Below, piece after piece: positions 9,288 to 18,842 of a stretch of DNA of 64,000 nucleotides. This DNA is from Candidatus Eiseniibacteriota bacterium (GTDB taxonomy: Bacteria; Eisenbacteria; RBG-16-71-46). Position numbers and translations under genes: made by a program. Where the stretch lies: assembly GCA_963707915.1 (NCBI GenBank), contig OY970178.1, positions 1,792,001 to 1,856,000 of the forward strand, read 5' to 3'. Position 1 is the first letter of the stretch; every line of letters starts with the position of its first letter. The notes below the pieces were generated by a model, which did not search any database, was not told the DNA's origin, and saw only the letters and a program-made list of their open reading frames with translations.

Positions 9288-10306
9288 GACCCGCCGTTCG
9301 GGTAGCGCGCCAGCGCGAGGTCCACGATCTCGCCGACCAGCTCGGTGTAGGAGCGCCCGGCCTTCTTCGCGGCCATGGCGAACTCCGACTCGGGGTGCAG
9401 GTAGGGATTGGGGTTCACCTCGAGCACGTGCAGCGCGCCGTCGGCGGCCAGGCGGAAGTCGATGCGCCCGTAGTCGCAGAGCTTCAGGGCCTGGAACGCC
9501 TGCACCGCGGTGTCGCTGAGCTTCTTCTGCAGGTCCGCGTCGAGGTCGGCGGGCAGGAAGGCCTTGGTCTGCTCGTAGGCCTCGGTGCCCTCCTCCCACT
9601 TGACCTCGGTGCCGGCGATCTTGGGGGTGCCCTGCGGCAGCTTCGAGAGGTCCAGCTCCACCGCGGGCAGCGCCTCGGGCTTCTCGTTGCCCAGCACTCC
9701 CACGTAGAACTCGCGGCCCTCGATGTACTCCTCGATCAGCGCCGGGGTGTTGAACTCGGCGTGGAGGTAGTCGATGCGCTCCATCAGTTCCTTGATCGAG
9801 GTGCAGACCGCGCCGAAATGGATGCCGATCGAGCCGTCCTCGGAGGCGGGCTTCACGATCACCGGGAACTGGATGTCCTGCGAGTGCTCGGTGCGGCCGC
9901 GGAACACGGTGGCGAAGTAGGGGGTGTGGATGCCGTGGAAGGCGAAGATCTTCTTCGCCAGCGCCTTGTCCTGCGCCAGGTGGAGGCCCTGCGAGCCGGT
10001 GCCGGTGAAGCGGCGGTGCAGCATCTCGAGGAAGCCCGCGACGTCGCTGTCCTGGGTGTCGTCGCCGCCGAAGGACTCGACCAGGTTGAAGATCAGGTCG
10101 GTCTCGGAGTGGGCCAGCTCGACCAGGCTCTCCCGCGTGCCGTCGAGGCGCAGGAACACCGGGTAGTGCCCGGCCTCCTTGAGGGCCTCGTAGACCGCCT
10201 GCACGTCCTCGTCGGGGGTCTTGCGCTTGGGGCGGGTCCCCTCGGCGCGCTCCTCGTCATCGCCCCACCAGTAGTCGTACAGCACGCCGATCCGCAGCTT
10301 GGCCAT
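9284..10306 (-). CDS. ATP-grasp ligase, D-Ala-D-Ala ligase-like
   Basis: IFNLVES, QDKALAK, VKPASEDGSIGI, EEYIEGREF, YGRIDFRL, LEVNPNP; lacks the canonical Ddl N-terminal GGxSxE motif. Confidence 0.85.
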   Translation of the reverse strand: MAKLRIGVLYDYWWGDDEERAEGTRPKRKTPDEDVQAVYEALKEAGHYPVFLRLDGTRESLVELAHSETDLIFNLVESFGGDDTQDSDVAGFLEMLHRRFTGTGSQGLHLAQDKALAKKIFAFHGIHTPYFATVFRGRTEHSQDIQFPVIVKPASEDGSIGIHFGAVCTSIKELMERIDYLHAEFNTPALIEEYIEGREFYVGVLGNEKPEALPAVELDLSKLPQGTPKIAGTEVKWEEGTEAYEQTKAFLPADLDADLQKKLSDTAVQAFQALKLCDYGRIDFRLAADGALHVLEVNPNPYLHPESEFAMAAKKAGRSYTELVGEIVDLALARYPNGGS

Positions 10307-10357
10307 GGCGTTCCTCGCCTTGCTTAGGGGCCCCGTTCCTCGGGGCCCTGCGCCGGT

Positions 10358-11371
10358 CTATTTCTGCTCGAAGCGCCGGCGCGTGAGGTAGTTCATCGCG
10401 AGCGTGGTGCCGTATGCCGTCAACTCCACCAGGTAGTCCGCCTCGCGGGCGGTGTCTGCGAACAGCCGGAGATCGCGCGCCGTCCGCACGATGTGCTCGA
10501 TCAGGGCACGCACCACCGGCCGTCGCACGCCGGTCCAGTAGGTGATCTTGTCGGTCAGCACCTTGCGATGCTGCTCGACCAGCTCCCACGCCGGGCGGAT
10601 GCCCTTGCGCCGGCGGCCCTGGGGGATGAACAGGTCGCCGAGGTCCGCCTCGAGCGCCACCTTCACCCCCGCGCCGTTCTGGCGCATGAGCCGGCGGTAG
10701 AACTGCTCGACCGTCACCTTGAGGTCCTCGACGGGGACGTCGAAGGCCCCGGTCGAGACCACCGGCTCCTGGGCGCGCACCCGGCGCGCCACCTGGTCAA
10801 CATACCGCAACTTGCGTATCGCGGGCCATGATTTGTAGCGGGCCCGCCACTGGGAGCGGGGCGTGAGCCAGACCGCGAAGGTCTCGGCGAAGTCCTCGTC
10901 GGGGTGCTTCTGCCCGTACCAGCCGGCGATGTGACGCACGAACTTGCGGCTGAACGGGACCGGCCGGTAGTCGTCGCGGTAGCGACGATTGAACGGTCCG
11001 AAGAGGCGCCGCCACTCGGGCGTGACGAAGAGCCGGTACGCGTAGTTGAAGGCGTGGCCCGCCTCGTGGCGCATGTACATCATGATCTCGCGCTCGTCCT
11101 CGAGGTCGTTCATCTGGCGCTCGAGGCGCGCGAGCTTGGGGTCGGCGAGGTAGAACGGGATGCCGATCACCGGCTGCCCATCGGGACAACCCCACTCGTC
11201 GGTGAGGTAGCAGACCGGGCGGAAGTGCTTGAGCCCCTTGCGCTCGAGCTCGCGGTAGAGCTGGAGCACGAAGCGTTCGACCGGCGAGCCTTCGAGGCGC
11301 AGGCCGAGCTGGCTGATGCGCTTGCCGAGGAGCTCGCGGACCTCCGGGGGAGCCTTCTCGAAGTCGGGCAT
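10358..11371 (-). CDS. Putative zinc-binding metallopeptidase
   Basis: HEAGH (HExxH) and HPDEDFAETFAVWL motifs. Confidence 0.8.
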   Translation of the reverse strand: MPDFEKAPPEVRELLGKRISQLGLRLEGSPVERFVLQLYRELERKGLKHFRPVCYLTDEWGCPDGQPVIGIPFYLADPKLARLERQMNDLEDEREIMMYMRHEAGHAFNYAYRLFVTPEWRRLFGPFNRRYRDDYRPVPFSRKFVRHIAGWYGQKHPDEDFAETFAVWLTPRSQWRARYKSWPAIRKLRYVDQVARRVRAQEPVVSTGAFDVPVEDLKVTVEQFYRRLMRQNGAGVKVALEADLGDLFIPQGRRRKGIRPAWELVEQHRKVLTDKITYWTGVRRPVVRALIEHIVRTARDLRLFADTAREADYLVELTAYGTTLAMNYLTRRRFEQK

Positions 11372-11538
11372 GAGGCGCGGATGCTAGCGGCTCCGGCCGT
11401 GCCGCCACAACCGGCGCCCCGCCGGGGCCCACCTGGGGCGGTACCGCCCGGGCGGGGGCCGGCCGGGCCGGACCCGCGGCCGCCCCGCGCCCGGTCGCCC
11501 GCCACCACCGGCCGAATCGTTCGGCGCCCGGCCTCATC

Positions 11539-11616
11539 TCAGTGGTTGGTAGTCAGCGAAGGCACCGGCCTGCGGCCCAACGACCTGCCGACCCAACAGG
11601 GCCGGTGCCCCACTGA
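11539..11616 (+). other. Candidate structured RNA in the yceI leader
   Basis: TCAGTGG/CCACTGA (11539-45/11610-16) stacked on GGCACCGGCC/GGCCGGTGCC (11561-70/11600-09); possible bulge-loop pseudoknot. Confidence 0.4.
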
Positions 11617-11686
11617 TCCGAGCCGCAACCGCCCATCGCCCGGCGCCGGCCGCACCCACGACGCCGAGGACGAAAGGAGCCTTTCC

Positions 11687-12298
11687 ATGAAGCGCCTCAC
11701 CCTCGCGCTGGCATTCGCCCTGCTGGGCGCTGCCTCCGCCGCCGTGGCCGCCCCGCAGCACTTCGACATCGACAAGGTGCACTCGCAGGTCGGCTTCTCC
11801 ATCCGGCACTTCTTCTCGAAGGTCCCCGGACAGTTCAAGGACTTCAGCGGCACCATCGTGATGGACCAGGCGAAGCCCGAGGCGTCCTCGGTCGAGGTCA
11901 CGATCCAGGCGGCCAGCATCTCCACCGACAACGACGCGCGTGACAAGCACCTGCGCAGCGCGGACTTCTTCGCCGTGGACTCGCTGCCGACGCTGACCTT
12001 CAAGAGCACGAAGGTCGCCCCCGAGGGCAAGGACCGCTACAAGGTCACCGGCGACCTCACGATGCACGGCGTCACCAGGAGCGTGGTGCTGGACGTCGAG
12101 TTCCTCGGCGTGGGCGAGGTCGGCGTCGGCGGGCAGAGCTTCGGCACCAAGGCCGGGTTCGACGCCACCACCAGCATCAACCGCAAGGACTTCGGCATCA
12201 ACTGGAACAAGACGCTCGACCAGGGCGGGCTGATGCTGGGCGAGGACGTGGCCATCAGCCTGCACGTCGAGGCGAGCCTGAAGCCGCCGGCGAAGTAG
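11687..12298 (+). CDS. yceI: YceI family polyisoprenoid-binding periplasmic protein
   Basis: Signal peptide; HSQVGFSIRH, RDKHLRSADFF, GDLTMHGVT, INRKDFGI; AAGGAG RBS. Confidence 0.92.
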   Translation: MKRLTLALAFALLGAASAAVAAPQHFDIDKVHSQVGFSIRHFFSKVPGQFKDFSGTIVMDQAKPEASSVEVTIQAASISTDNDARDKHLRSADFFAVDSLPTLTFKSTKVAPEGKDRYKVTGDLTMHGVTRSVVLDVEFLGVGEVGVGGQSFGTKAGFDATTSINRKDFGINWNKTLDQGGLMLGEDVAISLHVEASLKPPAK

Positions 12299-12327
12299 AT
12301 CGTCCTTCCGCACTGCGCGGCTCCACG

Positions 12328-12361
12328 GCCCCCGGTTCCCCCCGGCCGGGGGCTTCGTGTT
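12328..12361 (+). terminator. Probable intrinsic terminator after yceI
   Basis: GCCCCCGG...CCGGGGGC stem followed by TTCGTGTT. Confidence 0.45.
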
Positions 12362-12406
12362 GCTCCGCGACGGCGCCCCCGATCACCGTCCATGCGGTGC
12401 ACAGAA

Positions 12407-12422
12407 CGGCGCGTCAATTGCA
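12407..12422 (+). promoter_or_regulatory. Possible sigma-54 (-24/-12) promoter
   Basis: CGGCGCGTCAATTGCA = GG-N10-GC with TTGCA, upstream of the methyltransferase gene. Confidence 0.4.
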
Positions 12423-12485
12423 TGGCGATGATCCCCGACGTTCCCCCTTGCGCGCGCGATCGGCTTCGTCCAACATGCGCGCAGG

Positions 12486-13253
12486 ATGACTCCCCAGACC
12501 GCCACGCTGACGGATCAGCTGCGCTTCACCACGATCGCCCACCGGGATCATGTGTTCCTCAACCCGCTGAGCAGTCCGAAGGTGGACCAGGTGCTTTCCA
12601 TGCTCGAACTGCCGCAGGGCGCCCGCGTGTTCGACGCGGGCTGCGGCAAGGGCGAGATGCTGGTGCGGCTCGCGGACCGCCGCGGCGCGCGGGGCGTGGG
12701 CGTGGACGTGAACCCGGCGTTCCTCGCCGACGCGGGCCGGCGGGCCGAGGCGCGCGTGCCGCACGCCGGCCTCGCCTTCCACGAGCAGCCCGCGGGCGAC
12801 TTCCCGGCGGAGCCCGGCGCCTTCGACGCCGCGCTGTGCGTCGGGTCGACCGAGGCGTACGGCGGCTACCGGGACGCGATGCGCGCGCTGGCCGGCCTCG
12901 TCCGGTCCCACGGGCGCCTGATGATCGGCGAGCGCTTCTGGCGCCGCCGCCCCCACCCCGACTACCTCGAGGTGCTGGGCCTCGACCAGGACGACCTGCT
13001 GGACCACCCGCGCAACGTGCGCGCGGGCGAGGAGGCCGGCCTGGTCCCGATCTGCACCGCCGTCAGCACCGAGGACGAGTGGGCCCGCTACGAGGGGCTC
13101 TACGCCCACGCGGTCGAGGAGCACGTGAGCGGGCACCCCGAGGACCCCGAGGCCGAGAGCATGTGGAAGCGCATCCGCCGCCACCACGAAGCCTGGGAGC
13201 ACTGGGGCCGCGACACGATGGGCTTCGCGCTCTACGTCTTCCAGAAGAAGTAG
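12486..13253 (+). CDS. Class I SAM-dependent methyltransferase
   Basis: VFDAGCGKGE motif I, GVGVD. Confidence 0.85.
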   Translation: MTPQTATLTDQLRFTTIAHRDHVFLNPLSSPKVDQVLSMLELPQGARVFDAGCGKGEMLVRLADRRGARGVGVDVNPAFLADAGRRAEARVPHAGLAFHEQPAGDFPAEPGAFDAALCVGSTEAYGGYRDAMRALAGLVRSHGRLMIGERFWRRRPHPDYLEVLGLDQDDLLDHPRNVRAGEEAGLVPICTAVSTEDEWARYEGLYAHAVEEHVSGHPEDPEAESMWKRIRRHHEAWEHWGRDTMGFALYVFQKK

Positions 13254-13418
13254 CCCACCGCCGCAACCTGAAGACCGACAAGCAAGTAGACCTGGGGCAC
13301 GCCGGCGTCCGGCACGGAGGCGTCCCCGTGCGGCGGCGGCGTATCCTGCGCGCTCGCGGCCCGCCGGCGGGCCCGAGCTGCAGGAGCCCTTCGTCACGCC
13401 CATCGGATCGAGGTCCCC

Positions 13419-14468
13419 ATGAACTACCGTCTGTTCGGCAACAGCGGACTACGCGTCTCCGAGCTCTGTCTCGGCACCATGACCTTCGGCGAGGAGTGGG
13501 GCTGGGGCGCCTCGAAGCAGGAGAGCCGCAGGATCTTCGACGCGTACGCGGCGGCCGGCGGCAACTTCATCGACACCGCCAATCGCTACACCGAGGGCAC
13601 CAGCGAGCGCTTCGTGGGCGAGTTCGTCGCCGCCGAGCGCGAGCGTTTCGTGGTGGCGACCAAGTACACGCTCTTCACCCGCAAGGGCGATCCCAACAGC
13701 GCGGGCAACCACCGCAAGAACCTGGTGCAGTCGCTCGAGGCCAGCCTGGAGCGTCTGAAGATGGACTGCGTGGACCTCTACTGGGTGCACGCCTGGGACT
13801 ACCTGACCCCGGTGGACGAGGTGATGCGCGCGCTCGACGACGTGGTGCGCGCGGGCAAGGCGCTCTACGTCGGCATCTCCGACACGCCGGCCTGGATCGT
13901 CTCGCGCGCCAACACGCTCGCCGAGCTGCGCGGCTGGACGCCGTTCGCCGGGATCCAGGTCGAGTACAGCCTGATCCAGCGCACGGTGGAGCGCGAACTG
14001 CTCCCGATGGCGCACGCGCTCGACCTGGCGGTGGCGGCGTGGGGACCGATCGGCGGAGGCATGCTCACGGGCAAGTACAACGCCGACGCGGGCGCCGAGC
14101 AGCGGGCCGAGCCCGCTCGCATGCGGGACAACCCCGCCGCCGCGCGGCTCGCCGAGCGCAACCTGCGCATCGCGGGCGTGGTCCGGGAGGTGGCGCGGGA
14201 GACCGGCCGCACGCCCGCGCAGGTCGCCGTGAACTGGGTGCGTCACCGGCCGGGCAAGGTCATCCCGATCGTGGGCGCGCGCACGCTCGGGCAGATCGAG
14301 GACACGCTGGGCGCGGTGGCGTTCGAGCTCGAGCCCGCGCAGGTGAGCCGTCTCGACGAGGCGAGCCGCATCGAGCCGGGATTCCCGCACGAGTTCCTGG
14401 CGCAGCCGAACATCCGCGACCTGGTCTACGGCGGCACCCTGGACCGGATCCTGGACCGGAGACCGTAG
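13419..14468 (+). CDS. Aldo/keto reductase
   Basis: LCLGTMTFG, FIDTANRY, VATKY, DLYWVHAWD, QVEYSL, PIVGAR. Confidence 0.93.
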   Translation: MNYRLFGNSGLRVSELCLGTMTFGEEWGWGASKQESRRIFDAYAAAGGNFIDTANRYTEGTSERFVGEFVAAERERFVVATKYTLFTRKGDPNSAGNHRKNLVQSLEASLERLKMDCVDLYWVHAWDYLTPVDEVMRALDDVVRAGKALYVGISDTPAWIVSRANTLAELRGWTPFAGIQVEYSLIQRTVERELLPMAHALDLAVAAWGPIGGGMLTGKYNADAGAEQRAEPARMRDNPAAARLAERNLRIAGVVREVARETGRTPAQVAVNWVRHRPGKVIPIVGARTLGQIEDTLGAVAFELEPAQVSRLDEASRIEPGFPHEFLAQPNIRDLVYGGTLDRILDRRP

Positions 14469-14605
14469 GCGGCCCGCGGCGGGGCCTTCGGGAGCGGCAC
14501 GCGCGGCCGGTGGAGGGTGCCGGTCGCACCGGGCGAGCCGTGGCACCATGCGCCCGGCGGCACGAACGGCGCCCTTGGCCGCCGTTCGGTCCTCCTGCCC
14601 GGCGT

Positions 14606-15355
14606 TCAGCCCCCCGTGGCGAAGAGCTTCCACGCGGCGACGGCGAGCACCACGGCGAGCAGGCGGCGCAGCGTGGGAGGAGGCAGCCGCCGGCTGCCCA
14701 CGGTCGTGCCGATCAGGCCGCCGGCCACCGCCGCGACCGCCAGGACCGGCAGGCCCGGCGGCAACGCGCGCACGCTCGAAGCGCGTCCCAGCAGCCCGGC
14801 GACCGAGTTCACCAGGATGAACGCGGCCGACACGGCCGCCGTGGTGCGAACGTCGGCCCAGCGCGCGAGCACCAGGACCGGGCTCAGGAAGATGCCGCCC
14901 CCCACCCCGGTGAGCCCCGAGAGGAACCCCATGCCCGCGCCGATCGGCAGCGCCGCCGCCTTCGGCACCGGGCGCATCGTGCCGTCGGACTTCGCGCCCG
15001 CGCGTTGCCACAGGCGCAGCGCGGCGTAGACCAGCACCGCGCCCACGACGCGCCGGTAGAGCACGTCGGGCAGCATGACGGCGCCGCCCACGAAAGCCAT
15101 CGGCACGGCGGCGAGCGCGAACGGCCAGAAGGTCCGCCACGAGAAGCGTCCGGCGCGGGCAAACTGCACGGTGGCGATCGCCGAGACCAGGATGTTGAGC
15201 ACCAGCGCCGCCGGCTTCATCACCTCCGGCGCCAGGCCGAAGAGCGCCATCGCCGCGAGGTACGCCGAGGCGCCGCCGTGCCCCACCATCGAGTAGAGCG
15301 CGGCGGCGGCGAAGACCAGCAGGGCGAGCAGGGCGAGTGGGGCGGGATCGAGCAT
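14606..15355 (-). CDS. Sulfite exporter TauE/SafE family membrane protein
   Basis: YSMVGHGGASAY and SGLTGVGGGIFLSP repeats; hydrophobic. Confidence 0.88.
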   Translation of the reverse strand: MLDPAPLALLALLVFAAAALYSMVGHGGASAYLAAMALFGLAPEVMKPAALVLNILVSAIATVQFARAGRFSWRTFWPFALAAVPMAFVGGAVMLPDVLYRRVVGAVLVYAALRLWQRAGAKSDGTMRPVPKAAALPIGAGMGFLSGLTGVGGGIFLSPVLVLARWADVRTTAAVSAAFILVNSVAGLLGRASSVRALPPGLPVLAVAAVAGGLIGTTVGSRRLPPPTLRRLLAVVLAVAAWKLFATGG

Positions 15356-15387
15356 CCGGTCTCCGGCGAGGTCGGGGGGAAGCGGCG

Positions 15388-15412
15388 CGGACGGGGCCGG
15401 CGGCCCCGTCCG
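15388..15412. terminator. Perfect 11-bp intergenic hairpin (terminator or stability element)
   Basis: CGGACGGGGCC-GGC-GGCCCCGTCCG; no clear U-tract. Confidence 0.35.
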
Positions 15413-15432
15413 TCTGCCGGAGGAGCGCGACC

Positions 15433-15804
15433 TTACTTCGCGCCCGCCATCTTCATGCCCTTGAAGAGCGTCATCACGTGCTCCTTCATGGCGGGGTCCT
15501 GCATCGCCACGTTGAGCGCGCCGTCGATCAGCGTCTGGTTCTTCCCGACCACTTCCATCACGGCCTGGGCGCCGCCCGCGCTGCCGACCAGCCGGTCGAT
15601 GACGATCGCGCGCGTGCTGTCGGTGCCGAGCAGCCGGTCGACCATGCCGCCGGCCACGGCCCGGTCGGCGGTGATCATGTCCATGACCTTCGCCTGGAGC
15701 TCGGGGTTGGCCATCACCTGCTTGCCGGCGTCCCCCGCGCAACCCAGCCCCAGCACCACGCACGCCGTCGCGACCAGCACGATCGTCCACCTCGTCTTCC
15801 GCAT
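15433..15804 (-). CDS. Hypothetical lipoprotein
   Basis: MRKTRW+hydrophobic+LGLGC lipobox; GGAGGAGG RBS. Confidence 0.75.
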   Translation of the reverse strand: MRKTRWTIVLVATACVVLGLGCAGDAGKQVMANPELQAKVMDMITADRAVAGGMVDRLLGTDSTRAIVIDRLVGSAGGAQAVMEVVGKNQTLIDGALNVAMQDPAMKEHVMTLFKGMKMAGAK

Positions 15805-15890
15805 GATCCGGTCCTCCTCCTTCGATGGCGGCCACGGCCCGACGCCGCGCCGCTGGTGATGCGAGCCTTCCCCTCCGGCGCCCGCGCCGT

Positions 15891-17342
15891 TCAGGCGACG
15901 GGCGGGCGCTTCGTGTGCCAGTCCGTCCGCTGCTGGTACGCATGCCCGACGCGTACCAGCAGCGCCTCCGAGAACGCCGGCCCCACGAGCTGGAACGAGG
16001 TGGGCAGCCCATTCTCGCCGAAGCCGTCCGGCAACGCGAGCGCGGGCAGGCCGCACAGGTTGCCGGCCGGGATCAGCGCCGGCCCGCCGCTCACGCCGGG
16101 GTAGGCGTCCTCGAAGTTCCGATCGGCCGGGTAGGCCACGCTGGCGCGCGTCGGCGCCACCACCGCGTCGAAGCGCTCGAAGAGCCGCGCGACCGCCCGC
16201 TTCATGGGCCGCCTCAGCCGCATCGCCTGCAGGTAGTCCACCGCCGGCAGCAGCAGCGAGGAGTAGCCGCCCGAGCGGTCGGCCGGGCAGGTGAGCTGCT
16301 GCGCGCGGCCCGACTCGAGCAGGTCGAGGAACGCGGCCGCGCCCTCGGCGCCCACGATGGTCCCGACCGCCGGCCCCCAGGGGAAGTCGGGCCACTCGAC
16401 CTCGCGCGTCACCTCGACGTCGCCGCCGAGCGCCCGCAACGCCGCCTCGAAGTTCTCGCGCACCGCGGGCTGCACCTTCTCGGTCACGCCCTTCGGCACC
16501 GCCAGCCGCAGCTTCTTCGCGCCGCCGAGCGGCGCGGACTTCACGTGCGCGAAACCGCGCTCCAGCGCGCTCTCGTCGAGCGGGTCGGGTCCCGCCATGG
16601 CGGCCAGCACGAGCGCGCAGTCGTCGGCGCTGCGCCCCAGCGGCCCGAGCTTGTCGAGCGTCCAGCACAGCGCCATCGCGCCGTGGCGGCTGACGAGCCC
16701 GTAGGTCGGCCGCAGGCCGGTCACGCCGCAGAAGGCCGCGGGCGTGAGGATCGAGCCCGAGGTCTCCGAGCCGATGGCGAAGGGCACCAGGCCCGCCGCC
16801 ACGGCGGCGCCGGGGCCGCTCGAGGAGCCGCCGCTCCAGAACTTCGTGTTCCACGGCGTGAGGCCCGGCCCGGTGAACGAGGCGTTCGCGTGGTTGTAGC
16901 CCATGCCGCCGGCCAGTTCCACCATCGCGAGCTTGGCGACCAGCACCGCGCCCGCCTCGCGCAGCCTCCGCACCGCGGTGGCGTCGTAGTCGAAGACCTG
17001 GTCCCGGTACGGCTCGGCGCCCCAGCTGGTGGGCACGCCCTTCGTGGCGAGCAGGTCCTTCACGCCGTAGGGGATGCCGTGGAGCGGCCCGCGGTCGTGA
17101 CCGTTCGCCAGCTCCTGCTCGGCGAGCCGGGCCTCTTCCATCGCCGGTTCGCGCATCAGCGTGGCCACCGCATTGTACTTCGGGCCCAGCCGCTCGAGCC
17201 GGTCCAGGCAGCCCGCCACCAGGTCGGTGGGCTTCAGTCGCCGGGCGCGGATGCGGGCCGCGAGCTCGGAGACGGGCAGGAAGAAGACGCTCTCGTCGAG
17301 TGCGGCGGGCGTGTGCGGGACGGCGCGTGCCTGCGTTTCCAT
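15891..17342 (-). CDS. Amidase-signature family enzyme
   Basis: GPLHGIPYGVKD, SGGSSSGPGAAVA, GSETSGSI (Lys-cisSer-Ser triad). Confidence 0.92.
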   Translation of the reverse strand: METQARAVPHTPAALDESVFFLPVSELAARIRARRLKPTDLVAGCLDRLERLGPKYNAVATLMREPAMEEARLAEQELANGHDRGPLHGIPYGVKDLLATKGVPTSWGAEPYRDQVFDYDATAVRRLREAGAVLVAKLAMVELAGGMGYNHANASFTGPGLTPWNTKFWSGGSSSGPGAAVAAGLVPFAIGSETSGSILTPAAFCGVTGLRPTYGLVSRHGAMALCWTLDKLGPLGRSADDCALVLAAMAGPDPLDESALERGFAHVKSAPLGGAKKLRLAVPKGVTEKVQPAVRENFEAALRALGGDVEVTREVEWPDFPWGPAVGTIVGAEGAAAFLDLLESGRAQQLTCPADRSGGYSSLLLPAVDYLQAMRLRRPMKRAVARLFERFDAVVAPTRASVAYPADRNFEDAYPGVSGGPALIPAGNLCGLPALALPDGFGENGLPTSFQLVGPAFSEALLVRVGHAYQQRTDWHTKRPPVA

Positions 17343-17352
17343 GGCCGTGCTC

Positions 17353-17715
17353 CTACGCCCGGAAGGTGAAGTCGGGCTCGTCAGCGTTGCCCAGCTTCAC
17401 CTCCCGCATGCGCTTCAGGGCCTTGAGGTCGCCGTCGAAGTCCCGCGCGATGGACTCCAGCTGCTCCTTCGAGAGATGCCGGCCGCAGCGCCGCTCGATG
17501 ATCCCGGCGAGGGCTCGTGCGTCCTCGCCGATCTCGGGCGGCGCCTGGGCCGCCGCCGTGTCGGCAGGCGCGGTCGACGTGGCCGGAACCGGTGCCGCAC
17601 CCGGCGCCGGCGCCGGCGTGCCGGCGAGCGCCGGCGCCGCGAGCGCCGACGAGATCCCCGCCAGGCCGACGGTCTTCAGGAATTCGCGGCGATCGGTGCT
17701 CGCGACACTGGACAT
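17353..17715 (-). CDS. Small Tat-signal protein, probable amidase partner
   Basis: DRREFLK twin-arginine motif, Ala/Pro linker, C-terminal LKRMREVKLGNADEPDFTF. Confidence 0.7.
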   Translation of the reverse strand: MSSVASTDRREFLKTVGLAGISSALAAPALAGTPAPAPGAAPVPATSTAPADTAAAQAPPEIGEDARALAGIIERRCGRHLSKEQLESIARDFDGDLKALKRMREVKLGNADEPDFTFRA

Positions 17716-17756
17716 GCGTTCCTCCTGGATCGGGACGACGGCCTCGGCGCGGGCGC

Positions 17757-18737
17757 TCAGGATCCCGCCCGGGCCTCGGCGACCACCTGCCGGATGGCCT
17801 TTCGGAGCGACGTGCGGACCGACTCGGGCAGCTTCTCCCCCCGCCAGGCGCGGCAGGTGACGAGCACGTCCTTCAGGGTCGCGCAGGTCGCGCCGCAGTC
17901 CGGGCACCCCTTCACGTGGACCTCGAGCCTGGCGCACACGTCGGCGTCGAGCTCACCCTCGAGGTAGCGGCTCACGAGCCGCGCCGTGTCGGGGCAGCCC
18001 GGGGCCACCCGGGCGCGCGGCGCGTGCGGTGCGAGCAGCTCGCGCAGGGCGACACGGGCGCGGTGGAGCCGTGACTTGACCGCGCGCTCCGAGATCCGCA
18101 GGGCCTCCCCCACCTGCTTCGCGGGTAGACCCTCGATGTCGCGCAACACCAGCACCTCGCGCTGCGAGGGCGGCAGCGCCGCGATGGCGCGTTGCAGCGC
18201 GTCACGCAGTTCCGTGCGCTCGAGCGCCTGGTGGGGGTCCTGGCGCGGGTCCGCGACCTGGAGCGCGCCCGGGCGGTTGGGCGTGCCCCCGTCGAGCGGC
18301 TCGAGGCGCGCGGGCGCCTGCGCGCCCCGGCGCCGCTGCCGGGTGCAGGCGTTGCGCGCCACCCGGTAGGCCCAGGTCGTGAGCGAGGACTCGCCGCGGA
18401 AGCCGTGCAACGAGCGCGCGACCGCGGCCAGGGTGACCTGCGCCACGTCCTCGGCATCGTGCGGATCGCCGCAGAAGCCGCGGCCGAAGCGGTACACGGG
18501 CCCGCTCAGCAGCTGGAGCAGCCGCTCGAGCGCCTGGCGCTCCCCGCCGCGGGCCGCCGACAGCAGGCGGCGCTCCTCGGCGCGCGTCAGCCGGAACACC
18601 GCGGCGCTGCGGGCGCCCGAATCGACGCTCCGCTTCAGCGAGCGGACGGTCGCGGCGCGCACCGCCGCGGGGGCTCCGGCCACCGCCGGAACGTCATCCG
18701 GTTTGGCGCTCAAGGTCAGGCACCTCCACAGGCTCAT
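17757..18737 (-). CDS. ECF sigma factor fused to C-terminal zinc anti-sigma (ZAS) domain; start uncertain (possibly 18599)
   Basis: Region 2 DAEDVAQ/TWAYRVARN, region 4 REVLVLRDIEG..VKSRLHRAR; C-terminal HVKGCPDC (HxxxCxxC). Confidence 0.85.
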   Translation of the reverse strand: MSLWRCLTLSAKPDDVPAVAGAPAAVRAATVRSLKRSVDSGARSAAVFRLTRAEERRLLSAARGGERQALERLLQLLSGPVYRFGRGFCGDPHDAEDVAQVTLAAVARSLHGFRGESSLTTWAYRVARNACTRQRRRGAQAPARLEPLDGGTPNRPGALQVADPRQDPHQALERTELRDALQRAIAALPPSQREVLVLRDIEGLPAKQVGEALRISERAVKSRLHRARVALRELLAPHAPRARVAPGCPDTARLVSRYLEGELDADVCARLEVHVKGCPDCGATCATLKDVLVTCRAWRGEKLPESVRTSLRKAIRQVVAEARAGS

Positions 18738-18842
18738 GCGTGCTCGTCGAGACCGAACCCGGCGCGGGCCACGGAGCGCGGGACGAGCGGCATGATAGCA
18801 GAGACCCCGGCCCGGCTCCGCGCGGGAGCGCGGCGCGACGCC

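Noticed and set aside
15891..17715. gatCA of the Glu-tRNA amidotransferase
   Set aside because: No gatB is adjacent, the small protein has a Tat signal, and the amidase lacks the GatA GSDTGGSIRQP signature.
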